A DNA stretch of 64,000 nucleotides, from the NCBI GenBank assembly GCA_964016885.1, contig CAXHJY010001268.1:10979-74978 (forward strand), in the 5' to 3' direction. Position numbers and translations under genes: made by a program. Shown piece by piece: positions 42,623 through 54,100 of this stretch. Numbering within the stretch: the stretch's first letter is position 1; the number at the start of each line of letters is the position of its first letter. Below the pieces are notes generated by a model, which had not been told where the DNA came from, searched no databases, and was given only the letters and a program-made list of their open reading frames with translations. Origin of the DNA: Eledone cirrhosa (Eukaryota).

Positions 42623-43030
42623 AGTGGAGGCACTTGGCCTAATAGTAGGGACATTGAACTTATGTTCACAATGTTGTGGGTTCGATTCCTGGACTGGGTT
42701 GTGTGTTGTGTTCTTGAATAAAACACTTCATTTCATGTTGCCTCCATATACTCAGCTGAATATGAGTATCAACAATAGCTGGGTGTTTAACCCTGTGATG
42801 GACTGGTGTCCTGTCTAGTTGGGTGGCAGTCGTGTACTCTGTCACTTAATGCCATGGAAACCAGGTTAAACACTGGCCTGATGAGCCTCCGTGCTCGAGA
42901 CAGATTTTAATACTGTGATGGACTGGCATCCTGTCCAGGAGGGAGTCTTATACTGTCAGAAGCTTAATGCCATGGAAACAGGGATAAGCATCGGCCTGAA
43001 GAGCGTCCGGGCTTGAGACAGACTTTAGAT
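42623..43030 (+). mobile_element. tRNA/CORE-like SINE with duplicated 3' part
   Basis: ggcacttggcctaatagtagg, gggttcgattcc, ttcttgaataaaacacttc; ctgtgatggactgg block present twice. Confidence 0.75.
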
Positions 43031-44247
43031 TACTATAATTATCTTAATTAAATGACTGTTCTTTAATTTATTAATTGATTGGGGTATTGGAATGTGACTC
43101 CCCCTCTCTTTGTCACACTACTTTCTTCTATGTGATTGCTTGATCAGCTAGAAACAGCAGGTGGATCTTCATAAAAACCACATCTGAACATCTTAAAAAG
43201 AAAAAGGAATGACACATTAAGTATTCTTCTTCTTTTCCCACTTATTCCTGAGAGGGTTGTTGGGGCAGAGTCCTCAAACACCCCTGTCAGAAGCAATCGC
43301 CTCCAACTGATTCAACTGGATCCCCAAGCGAGACCAGCCAATCTCATGGGTTTTATCCAACCATCTTGCTCAGGGTCTACTCCTGGGTCTCCTGCTAGTT
43401 GGTTTTGCCCATAAAATCTGTCCAGTGATTCTTTCCCGAAGTAGCGGTTCTACCTGGAGTGACTCTCAGATCTCCGAGCTATGCACTCTATCAAGTAACG
43501 TTACTCCAAAGACTTATAAATATATTGTGCCTGAAAATGAGATGAGATGCGGTGTTCCTGGATGGAATGCCTTTGACTTTAATCCACTGGTCTATTCAAT
43601 AAAATCAGACCTGGGGTTGAACAATAAAGCTCAGTTCTTGATGGCGCCCTCTATGTGGTTGTTCGATTTGCTAGTAATAGTAGCTAAATTTTCTGTTTGA
43701 AAATAAAGTAGCAATCTGGGATTGTGGACTGGTGGAATCATTAGTGTCCAATAAGATAGGTGCCTTGTGGTGTTTGTTTCTACCTACTGAGGGCCTTCTT
43801 GGATGGTAGACTTAATCTGTTTAGTTTAGTTTAACATTACCATGTAACCCTTGGCTGCTGTTAACAGGATCCAGTCTCTTTCAAGTATTGTTGTCATTGC
43901 TGTTGATGTGGCTGTTGTTGTTGTTGCTCTTATCGTTGTTGCTATGCTTGTTGGTGTTGTTGTTATCATTGGTGAATCACTGTAGTCATTGTTATTGTTG
44001 TCATTGTCACTATTTTGTTGTTGTTGTTACTGCTGTTGTAGTTTTTTCTTCTACATTCTTCACATTATTGTGACCATATTTCTCATGGAATACACTTTGT
44101 TTATATTTATTCAGTCTTGTACACAATCAAGAATCGATTGCTTTTAGTAAAATAACTGATTTTTCCCATATATTAATCTGTTGTTTTGAACATAGCCTAA
44201 CACTAGGTTCCTGCATGAAATTATGATAAAAAAACTTTACATTTTAG

Positions 44248-44673
44248 AAGCACCCAGCCCACACTGATAAGTGGTCGTGTAGGTGGCATGACAAAAAGCA
44301 CCCAGTCCATACTATAAAGTGGTCATATACGTGTCATGACAAAAAGCACCTAGCCCATACTGTAAAGTTGCTGTATATGTGTCGTGACAAAAAGCACCCA
44401 GCCCACACTGTGAAGTGGTCATATACTTGTCATGACAAAAAGCACCCAGTCCATACTGTAACGAGGTTGTGTAAGTGTCATGACAAAAAGCACCCAGTCC
44501 ACACTGTAAATGGGGTTGTCGTTAGGAAGCGCATCCAGTTGTAGAAACCAAACCAGAATCTGTTCTGTATGAGCAAGATATGGACATCTGACCTGGCTTG
44601 TCTCACAATGGGACAACTTGTCTAACCCATGCTAGCATGCTGGAAAAATGGACGTTAAACAATGATGATGATG
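44248..44673 (+). mobile_element. RTE-tail element with 6 copies of the 48-bp module
   Basis: aagcacc at 44248, 44296, 44344, 44392, 44440, 44488; (ATG)n tail. Confidence 0.87.
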
Positions 44674-45087
44674 GAGACGTATTTGAAAACCAGTAGTTTT
44701 GTCAAGAAACTATCTTGAGCCTGTTGCTACCCAAATGTCTTAACATTTTATTTTCTCAGTTAGTTTGTTGATGATGATGAGGTTTACATTCTTTTTAGTT
44801 GTTTGTCACCAGGCTCTTTAACCCTTTAGTTACCAACCTGGCCAAAACCGTCTCTGGTTCCATGTAATAAAACCACCTATTTTAAAGGTTTCCAATTTAA
44901 ATTAAAATCTTCCAACCTAATTTCATAAAAGAACCTTACATTAGGTTATTATCTTAGTAATGAAATAATTAATAATTTTAGAAAATCCCTTGAAATCCTT
45001 CATTAATTAAATAAAATAAAGTAATTTTTCTTAAGAAATATGGTCATGATAGGTTTAAGCTTTTCATAAAACTATCCTTAATTGCAG

Positions 45088-45156
45088 ATGTGGGAAGAAG
45101 CTTGCCACACTCCGTGGATTCATAGAACAACACATACAGCGTCTGTGCAGCTCAAA
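45088..45156 (+). CDS. HTT: Huntingtin exon (KCGKKLATLRGFIEQHIQRLCSS)
   Basis: Matches human [20 protein letters not shown]; tgcag|A...AA|gtgag. Confidence 0.93.
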
Positions 45157-45835
45157 GTGAGACTATATTTTAAAGTATTTCTTTTTAAATTTTGTTGAAT
45201 TAATTAATATCTAGTGAAACCTTGGTTCACAAACTTAATTCATTCCTGCAGGCCGTTTGTCACCCGATATGTTTCTAAACCGGAACTATTTTCCCATACG
45301 AAATACAGTGAGAGAAAGACTGTGTGAAAGACAGATAGAAATCACCATAGTAACTATCTACACAGTAAGTGATACTTTCTTGCTAATACTTCAAGCTTGT
45401 TGCCAACCGTTGTTGTTGGTTTGGAAAACTTGTTCGCGAACAGATTTGTTCGTGATGAGAAGCATTCATGAACTGAGGTACCGCTGTATTTATTTACTGG
45501 TTGCAGTCTTTTGAGCTGCTCTTATGCTCTGTTCATTTTCAGGGAAGGGGAGTGGAGGAGGAGGGGATCTGCATCTCACATATGTTCTCATGCTTTATTG
45601 AATGAATTTTATTGTGGCACCAGCACTAGGAAAATGGTCATGTTTTTGACACAGCTGAAGAGTCCTCCTGGCAACTTTTTATATTTTTTGGCAGGATTTC
45701 TACAGCAGGATATCCTTACTCTGATTGTGTGTGTGTCTGTGTCAGTCATAACTCCTTTGTAGTTGTTATCAATCAGGATTTTAAAGGGAGGTGTAGTTAT
45801 GTGGAGAATAACACCTAAGGAGTGATAGTGAAGAG

Positions 45836-46262
45836 GCTATATGATGCCTGTGTGAGATGCGCGATGCTGCATGGTAGTGAGACATGGGCAGCAACTACAG
45901 AGGATATGCGACGGCTGGAGAGAAATCAAGCAAGTATGCTCCGTTGGATGTGCGATGTCAATGTGCGAGAATGACCAAGCATAGATGAGATGAGGGATAA
46001 GTTGTGGTGTGCGGGAGAGAAGACTGAGATGGTATGGGCATGTGATGCGCATGGAAGATGACCGTTGGGTAAAGAAGTGCCAAGAAATCCAGTAGAAGGA
46101 AGACCTCGAAAAACATGGGCGGAGGTGGTGAGAGCAGACCTCAGATCGCTGAAGCTCACAGAGGAGATGACGAAGGACTGTGACAAGTGGAGAGACGCTG
46201 TGCTGAATGGGACCCGTCCTACCCTTGCAAGCAGGGAAAAACGAACGTAAAATGATGATGAT
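45836..46262 (+). mobile_element. Short RTE 3' fragment, another subfamily
   Basis: YDACVRCAMLHGSETW...RLRWYGHVMRM...GRPRKTW; (ATG)n then (TA)n. Confidence 0.88.
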
Positions 46263-46441
46263 ATATATATATATATATGTATGTATATATGGTGGTTCAC
46301 CACTGGGTAGAATTGGCGATAAACCCAACTGACAACAATGGGCTACCACGATCGCCTTTGAATCAAAAACAAAAAACACATTCTTTCTTCTCTGCTTTTC
46401 CTCTTTAAAACCTCTTGGAATGTGTTTACCATCATTCCAAT

Positions 46442-46505
46442 ATACACCTGATGATGTCACTAGGTTCATACATAACTTGGCCACTGAAATGTGCATAGTA
46501 TTTGC
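46442..46505 (+). ncRNA. Degenerate type I hammerhead motif
   Basis: CTGATGA (46448), stem II ctaggtt/aacttgg, GAAA-TGTGCA-TA; followed by AATAAA and (TA)n. Confidence 0.45.
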
Positions 46506-46679
46506 AGGAATAAAAATTTGATATATATATATATATATATATATAGAATGATTAAGTATCGAGAGAGAGAAGAAAATGGAAAGATGGGCGATACATATAT
46601 TTAGTCAATACTCGTGCCTACAGGGTTAAATATTAGAGGCGTCAATATTTAGTGGGCGAGAAAAAATAAGCAGAGCGAT

Positions 46680-47292
46680 TATAAAGGAAATGAATACAAA
46701 GAGTTTAAAAACGTTAGAACATGTTTATATAATAGTGCGCCTACGTACGTTTCACCCGTAATGGGCCTATCAAGGGCATGGAAAGCAAAATAATGATCAA
46801 TACAGGACCCAGGAGGGAATTCACGGTTAAATTAACATCATCGTTAATTTTTCCCCTCTGTGCATGTGTTTTTATTATCGCAGAGCAGGGGGAGTAACTC
46901 TGAACGGTGTTCAAACAATCGGTCCCATGTGGATTTTTATATCTGTTCATATGCTGGTGTTTAGCATCTTTATATTATGCGTGTTGTTTCACTAGTGCCA
47001 CTACAGGTCGGGTCTAGGGTGTACATTTATTATTTAGTGGATGTTGCTTCACTAATGTTTGTTCGAGTGTGGTCTGCGGTGTACATTTGGTTCACAGATG
47101 TTTGTTCATACTGCCTGTCCACCAGGGTGTTATGGTTCGGGCAGAGGGACCCAGTTCGTAGTTTTCACGTCACAGTCGCCTCCCATTATTTTGCTTTCCA
47201 TGCCCTTGAGAAGCCCATTCCGGGCGAAACGTACGTAGGCGCACTATTATATAAACATGTTTTAACGGTTTTAAACTCTTTGTATTCATTTC

Positions 47293-47298
<6 letters not shown>
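46680..47298. mobile_element. Probable Penelope-like remnant with inverted pLTR copies
   Basis: 46680-46795 is the reverse complement of 47184-47298; each arm holds a hammerhead motif; ends in (TA)n. Confidence 0.65.
47201..47243 (+). ncRNA. Minimal type I hammerhead, U3-A8 core variant
   Basis: tgccc-TTGAGAA-GCCC-attcc-GGGC-GAAA-CGTACG-TA-ggcgca. Confidence 0.7.
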
Positions 47299-47350
<52 letters not shown>

Positions 47351-47762
47351 GTATATATATATATATAAATATATACAAACAAACAAACCGAGCATTATAA
47401 TAAATGTTCGGTAAACTGATATGTGCATATATATGTGTGTGCATGTATGTATATATATATCATCATCATCATCATCATCACCGTTTTACGTCCGTTCTTC
47501 CACGCTAGCATGGGTTAGACGGGTTGTCCTGTTGTGGGCAGTGTCTGGTCGGCTGACCATGCCTTGCTCATACAGGAACTGATCTGGCTTGATTTCTACA
47601 GCTGGATGCCCTTCCTAACACCAACCTCATTTACAGTGAGTGCTGGGTGCTTTTTCGTGGCGCCTACACGTCCACTTTACAGTGTGGGCTGGGTGCTTTT
47701 TTGCCGTGGCACCTCCACGACCACCTTGCGGTGGGGGGGGGGGGGCATATTGTTTATATGCT

Positions 47763-50700
47763 TCAGCATGTACCCATGGGAGGTCGGGTACCCTGTATTA
47801 CTGCGTGACGCCAGAAGTCACGGTCGTGTGTCATTGACTTTGAGAGGTGTAGTTGGGTAAGGTCGGCTTTTATCACCTCATCCCAAGTCATCTTGGGTCT
47901 CCCCACTCCGCGGTTTCCATCAACTTCTAGTGCTCTGCACCTTTTTATGCAGCTGTCATCCTTCATACGCATCACATGTCCATACCAGCGTAACCGCCTC
48001 TCCTGCACGCAGCATTTGATTCCTCTTATGCTCAGTCTCTCTCTCAATTCATTTATGCTTTGTCGTTCACGTATATTACTGTTACACATCCATCGGAGCA
48101 TGCAGGCTTCGTTTCTCTCTAATCTACGTAAGTCTTCCACCTTCAGCGCCCAGGTCTCACTACCATGCAACATCGCTGTTCGGATACACGCATCATACAG
48201 TCTGCCTTTCATTCTGAGGGAGAAGCCTTTTGCAGCTAGCAGTGGTAGTAGTTCCCTAAACTTCTTCCATCCCGTTCTTACCCTAGTTATTGTACTTTCT
48301 GAGCACCCACCTCCGTTGCTAATTCGGTCACCTAGGTAGCAGAAGCTGTCTACTGTTTCTACAGGGCCCTCCCAGAGATTGGTGGTACTTGTTTCCTGTG
48401 GCTGTTTGCTTGCTGTTTCAGCACAGCTGCTGCATGTGAATCCTACATTCTTAATTAAGCTTCCTGAGATCCCGCTACATCTCTTGTGTACCCATTGTTT
48501 GCATTTGGGGCAAAGAATGGAGTTCCTACCTACACCTTTCCTACATACTGAGCAAGGCCATTTCCCTGAGGGGATCTGGGTTCTGTTTTCTCGTCTACTT
48601 ATAAGGACCTTAGTCTTTGTCATGTTGACTTTGAGGCCCTTTCTCTCTAGTCCCTGCTTCCAGGTTTGGAATTTATTCTCTAGTTCTACCATAGATTCAG
48701 CTATGAGTGCGAGGTCATCAGCATACAGGAGTTCCCATGGGCATCCGGTCTTAAACTCCTCCGTTATTGCCTGCAGGACTATGATGAACAGGAGAGGGCT
48801 AAGAACAGAGCCCTGGTGGACCCCAACCTGTACGCTAAATTCCTCGCTATACTCATTGCCAATCCTAACTTTGCTGACTGCTCCCCTATACATGGCTTGT
48901 ACCGCTTTCACAAGCCATTCATCTACTCCTAGTTTTCTAAGAGCCCACCAGATTACTGCACGTGGAACTCTGTCAAAGGCTTTCTCAAGGTCGACAAATG
49001 CCAAGTAGAGTGGCTTACTTTTAGCTAGGTACTTTTCCTGTAATTGCCTCACAAGGAAGAGCGCATCAGTGGTGCCTTTCCCTGGAACAAACCCAAATTG
49101 CATCTCGTCTATATTCACCCGGTCCCTAATCAGCTGTGCTATAACTCTTTCTGTTACTTTCATGACCTGGTCCATCAACTTTATACCTCTATAGTTTCCT
49201 CTATCTAGTGCATCGCCTTTACCTTTGTAGCAGTTGACAATGATGCTACTGCACCAATCTTTTGGTATGGCCCCCTCTAGTATTACCTGGTTAACGATAC
49301 GTGTGGTTATAGTGTGACCTACAGACCCAGATGCCTTCAGCATCTCGGCAGCTATACCCGATGGACCGGTTGCCTTCCCTATCTTCATATCTCTGATTGC
49401 CTTACTTACTACGCTGCCGCTGACTTGTACTGCTGGTCCCTCTATAGGGTCTACGTGGGGTAGGGTCTCTTCTTCCCATGCATTCTCCTCATTTAGTAAT
49501 CTATCATAATGACTCTTCCATGCATCTTTCTTCTCAGCACTTGTGAGGGCAAGCTCACCTTTATCATTCCGGATACACTTCTCTCCAATGACATCACAAC
49601 TATCTCTGACACACTGCCTCGCAATCTTGAATACCTCCTGTTTCTGGTCCTCACGTTGTAAAACATGCTTGAATTTTCTATCCTCTGCTTCCCTCCTAGC
49701 TAAGTATACTTGTCGCCTAGCTTCCCTCTTAGTCTCTATGTAATGTACCCTGCTCCCCCCGTTCTTCCATTCTTTCCATGCCTGTCTCTTGGCCTTGACT
49801 GCTTCATCTACCTTATTGTTCCACCACCAAGTCACTCTCCTCCTGCTTGAGGTCTTACTCCAGCCACAAACCTCATCCGTCGCCTCTAGTAAGTTATTTT
49901 TTAGGAACTCCCAGTTCTCTTCTACGTTAAATGTCTCTATCTGTTCTTCTTTACTGTCGTAGGCGTTGAGTAAAATATCTTTAAATCTGTTACTGGTTGA
50001 GGGGACTTTCAGCTTCCAGATCTTTCTTCTCCAGGTTGGCCTCTGTTTCAGGGCTCGTCTAGTTCTGACCGTGAGGTCGCTGACAACTAAGCTATGTTGG
50101 GATGTACATTCCTCACTAGGGAAGGCTTTTGTGTTTACGACCGTCCATCTGTCACGTCCTCTGATGAGGATAAAATCTAACTGACTAGAGTGCTCCCCTG
50201 ATCTATAGGTGATCAGGTGGTTGTCGGGTTTTTTAAAGTTTGTGTTACATATCGACATGTCATTGGCGTCGCAGAATTCTAGAAGTCTGAATCCTTCCTC
50301 ATTCCTTGTGCCAACTCCATGGCCTCCATGTACTCTATTGAAGCCGTCGCAGTGTTTACCTACGTGTCCGTTAAAATCTCCTGCAATGATTAGGAAGTCC
50401 TTGTCGTCTGTTAGAGCAGTAGTGTGTATTAGGGACTCGTAAAACCTATCCTTAAGTTCGTCTGGCAGCCCTGATTGGGGTGCGTAAGCTGATATTATTG
50501 TGGTAATTGTCTTATTCAGGACTAGTCTGAGTTTAATGATTCTTGCATTTACCCTGTACACTGAGATTACTTTATCTACCCACTTGTCAGCTAATAGTAT
50601 ACCTACACCACCCATCCCATCGTCATTTCCCACCCAGAAAAATTTGTAGCACTGGCTTTTTCCTACAAGGACTCTAGCAGACCCTCCTCTCCATCTAGTC

Positions 50701-50882
50701 TCTTGCACACAGCATACATCAACTTCCTTTCGCTCTAGCATTTCTACGATTTCTCCTGCTCTTCCTTTCATTGAGCCTACATTGATGGTACCAACTCGGA
50801 GTTTTGGGCATTTGTCGACACTCGTAGGGGAGGGTCTCTGGGTTGGCGCTTCACGTGGGTGCTTGGTAGCTCGCAGATTCAT
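47763..50882 (-). CDS. Intact RTE ORF, 1039 aa: APE endonuclease, reverse transcriptase, PHD finger
   Basis: GTINV, CVQETRW, AYAPQ, AGDFNGH, QLDFI, SQH; QFGF, DLEKAFD, QGSVLSP, YADD, FCYLG; no stops. Confidence 0.97.
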   Translation of the reverse strand: MNLRATKHPREAPTQRPSPTSVDKCPKLRVGTINVGSMKGRAGEIVEMLERKEVDVCCVQETRWRGGSARVLVGKSQCYKFFWVGNDDGMGGVGILLADKWVDKVISVYRVNARIIKLRLVLNKTITTIISAYAPQSGLPDELKDRFYESLIHTTALTDDKDFLIIAGDFNGHVGKHCDGFNRVHGGHGVGTRNEEGFRLLEFCDANDMSICNTNFKKPDNHLITYRSGEHSSQLDFILIRGRDRWTVVNTKAFPSEECTSQHSLVVSDLTVRTRRALKQRPTWRRKIWKLKVPSTSNRFKDILLNAYDSKEEQIETFNVEENWEFLKNNLLEATDEVCGWSKTSSRRRVTWWWNNKVDEAVKAKRQAWKEWKNGGSRVHYIETKREARRQVYLARREAEDRKFKHVLQREDQKQEVFKIARQCVRDSCDVIGEKCIRNDKGELALTSAEKKDAWKSHYDRLLNEENAWEEETLPHVDPIEGPAVQVSGSVVSKAIRDMKIGKATGPSGIAAEMLKASGSVGHTITTRIVNQVILEGAIPKDWCSSIIVNCYKGKGDALDRGNYRGIKLMDQVMKVTERVIAQLIRDRVNIDEMQFGFVPGKGTTDALFLVRQLQEKYLAKSKPLYLAFVDLEKAFDRVPRAVIWWALRKLGVDEWLVKAVQAMYRGAVSKVRIGNEYSEEFSVQVGVHQGSVLSPLLFIIVLQAITEEFKTGCPWELLYADDLALIAESMVELENKFQTWKQGLERKGLKVNMTKTKVLISRRENRTQIPSGKWPCSVCRKGVGRNSILCPKCKQWVHKRCSGISGSLIKNVGFTCSSCAETASKQPQETSTTNLWEGPVETVDSFCYLGDRISNGGGCSESTITRVRTGWKKFRELLPLLAAKGFSLRMKGRLYDACIRTAMLHGSETWALKVEDLRRLERNEACMLRWMCNSNIRERQSINELRERLSIRGIKCCVQERRLRWYGHVMRMKDDSCIKRCRALEVDGNRGVGRPKMTWDEVIKADLTQLHLSKSMTHDRDFWRHAVIQGTRPPMGTC

Positions 50883-51119
50883 ATTTCATCTATTGATTCA
50901 GAGTTGCTCGTGTATTCCCAGCTCATCCATCCCTAACGGTGGGAAAATTGAGGGCTAGAAGGACAGTGGTGGTGGGGTAATGGCAGGGTGTGTTGGGATG
51001 CGAGGAGAGAGTTAGTTAGGCAGGTAGTAGCAGCAGCAGCAGTGGAAATGGCATGCTAGGTTTGATTGGTCGAATAGACTATGGTGGTGTGTGGGGGTGG
51101 GGGGGAGGGAAATTGTGAG

Positions 51120-54100
51120 GTAGGAACTGAGGGTCGCATGGTAAATATCCAAGTTAATACTACATCAGTAAAATTAACAATAATAACGTCATGAAAAAAG
51201 CTACTAAGAGAAACCCTCGAAAATTTATCGCTAATACAGCAGGGAAAATTTAACGCTAATACAGCAGGGAACATCATAATATTAACGACATGAAAAAGCT
51301 ACTAAGAGAAACCCTCGAAAATTTATCGCTAATACAGCAGGGAAAATTTAACGCTAATACAGCAGGGAACATCATAATATTAATGACATGAAAAAGCTAC
51401 TAAGAGAAACCCTCGAAAATTTATCGCTAATACAGCAGGGAAAATTTAACGCTAATACAGCAGGGAACATCATAATATTAACGACAATATGTAGGCTAAA
51501 ATACCTTCGTAGATTAGGTGGATGGCTGGCTGGGAAAATTTGAATCAGCTCTACTGGTACATTTTAGCAGAGAAGAATGGCAAAGTGTCTTATCTCTTCA
51601 ATATTTTCAGATTGAATGAATTAGGTTAAAGACAGGGTAGTAAGCCTTAAAGAAGTGCATAGAGGGGGGGGGGGGGGGGTAGGAACTGAGGGTCGCATGG
51701 TAAATAACTGAGAGAGATACAATAGGATTAGAATACCGCATGGTAAATATCCAAGTTAATAAGTTAATACTACATCAGTAAAATTAACAATAATAACGTC
51801 ATGAAAAAAGCTACTAAGAGAAACCCTCGAAAATTTATCGCTAATACAGCAGGGAAAATTTAACGCTAATACAGCAGGGAACATCATAATATTAACGACA
51901 TGAAAAAGCTACTAAGAGAAACCCTCGAAAATTTATCGCTAATACAGCAGGGAAAATTTAACGCTAATACAGCAGGGAACATCATAATATTAACGACATG
52001 AAAAAGCTACTAAGAGAAACCCTCGAAAATTTATCGCTAATACAGCAGGGAAAATTTAACGCTAATACAGCAGGGAACATCATAATATTAACGACAATAT
52101 GTAGGCTAAAATACCTTCGTAGATTAGGTGGATGGCTGGCTGGGAAAATTTGAATCAGCTCTACTGGTACATTTTAGCAGAGAAGAATGGCAAAGTGTCT
52201 TATCTCTTCAATATTTTCAGATTGAATGAATTAGGTTAAAGACAGGGTAGTAAGCCTTAAAGAAGTGCATAGAGGGGGGGGGGGGGGGGTAGGAACTGAG
52301 GGTCGCATGGTAAATAACTGAGAGAGATACAATAGGATTAGAATACCGCATGGTAAATATCCAAGTTAATAAGTTAATACTACATCAGTAAAATTAACAA
52401 TAATAACGTCATAAAAAAAGCTACTAAGAGAAACCCTCGAAAATTTATCGCTAATACAGCAGGGAAAATTTAACGCTAATACAGCAGGGAACATCATAAT
52501 ATTAACGACATGAAAAAGCTACTAAGAGAAACCCTCGAAAATTTATCGCTAATACAGCAGGGAAAATTTAACGCTAATACAGCAGGGAACATCATAATAT
52601 TAACGACATGAAAAAGCTACTAAGAGAAACCCTCGAAAATTTATCGCTAATACAGCAGGGAAAATTTAACGCTAATACAGCAGGGAACATCATAATATTA
52701 ACGACAATATGTAGGCTAAAATACCTTCGTAGATTAGGTGGATGGCTGGCTGGGAAAATTTGAATCAGCTCTACTGGTACATTTTAGCAGAGAAGAATGG
52801 CAAAGTGTCTTATCTCTTCAATATTTTCAGATTGAATGAATTAGGTTAAAGACAGGGTAGTAAGCCTTAAAGAAGTGCATAGAGGGGGGGGGGGGTAGGA
52901 ACTGAGGGTCGCATGGTAAATAACTGAGAGAGATACAATAGGATTAGAATACCGCATGGTAAATATCCAAGTTAATAAGTTAATACTACATCAGTAAAAT
53001 TAACAATAATAACGTCATGAAAAAAGCTACTAAGAGAAACCCTCGAAAATTTATCGCTAATACAGCAGGGAAAATTTAACGCTAATACAGCAGGGAACAT
53101 CATAATATTAACGACATGAAAAAGCTACTAAGAGAAACCCTCGAAAATTTATCGCTAATACAGCAGGGAAAATTTAACGCTAATACAGCAGGGAACATCA
53201 TAATATTAACGACATGAAAAAGCTACTAAGAGAAACCCTCGAAAATTTATCGCTAATACAGCAGGGAAAATTTAACGCTAATACAGCAGGGAACATCATA
53301 ATATTAACGACATGAAAAAGCTACTAAGAGAAACCCTCGAAAATTTATCGCTAATACAGCAGGGAAAATTTAACGCTAATACAGCAGGGAACATCATAAT
53401 ATTAACGACATGAAAAAGCTACTAAGAGAAACCCTCGAAAATTTATCGCTAATACAGCAGGGAAAATTTAACGCTAATACAGCAGGGAACATCATAATAT
53501 TAACGACATGAAAAAGCTACTAAGAGAAACCCTCGAAAATTTATCGCTAATACAGCAGGGAAAATTTAACGCTAATACAGCAGGGAACATCATAATATTA
53601 ACGACATGAAAAAGCTACTAAGAGAAACCCTCGAAAATTTATCGCTAATACAGCAGGGAAAATTTAACGCTAATACAGCAGGGAACATCATAATATTAAC
53701 GACAATATGTAGGCTAAAATACCTTCGTAGATTAGGTGGATGGCTGGCTGGGAAAATTTGAATCAGCTCTACTGGTACATTTTAGCAGAGAAGAATGGCA
53801 AAGTGTCTTATCTCTTCAATATTTTCAGATTGAATGAATTAGGTTAAAGACAGGGTAGTAAGCCTTAAAGAAGTGCATAGAGGGGGGGGGGGGTAGGAAC
53901 TGAGGGTCGCATGGTAAATAACTGAGAGAGATACAATAGGATTAGAATACCGCATGGTAAATATCCAAGTTAATAAGTTAATACTACATCAGTAAAATTA
54001 ACAATAATAACGTCATGAAAAAAGCTACTAAGAGAAACCCTCGAAAATTTATCGCTAATACAGCAGGGAAAATTTAACGCTAATACAGCAGGGAACATCA

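Noticed and set aside
43888-44073. Leu-rich signal-peptide-like ORF, or a polyQ-type tract on the minus strand
   Set aside because: Degenerate intronic (TTG)n microsatellite; the HTT N-terminus is not in this window
45695-45740. Possible small HTT exon after ttggcag
   Set aside because: Resembles a decayed RTE 3'UTR motif (tttctacagc.ggat..cctt); no HTT similarity
47893-50442. Antisense ORFs overlapping RTE ORFs (also at 12763-14544, 34982-36100, 60487-62073)
   Set aside because: Shadow frames of the RT coding strand with no independent motifs
50883-51190. HDV-like ribozyme at the RTE 5' end
   Set aside because: Known in some RTEs, but I could not identify the nested double pseudoknot by eye; needs a descriptor search
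51566-51620. Possible next HTT exon inside the array linker (ttttag|CAGAGAAGAATGG...)
   Set aside because: The required phase hits TGA, there is no HTT similarity, and the sequence is repeated seven times
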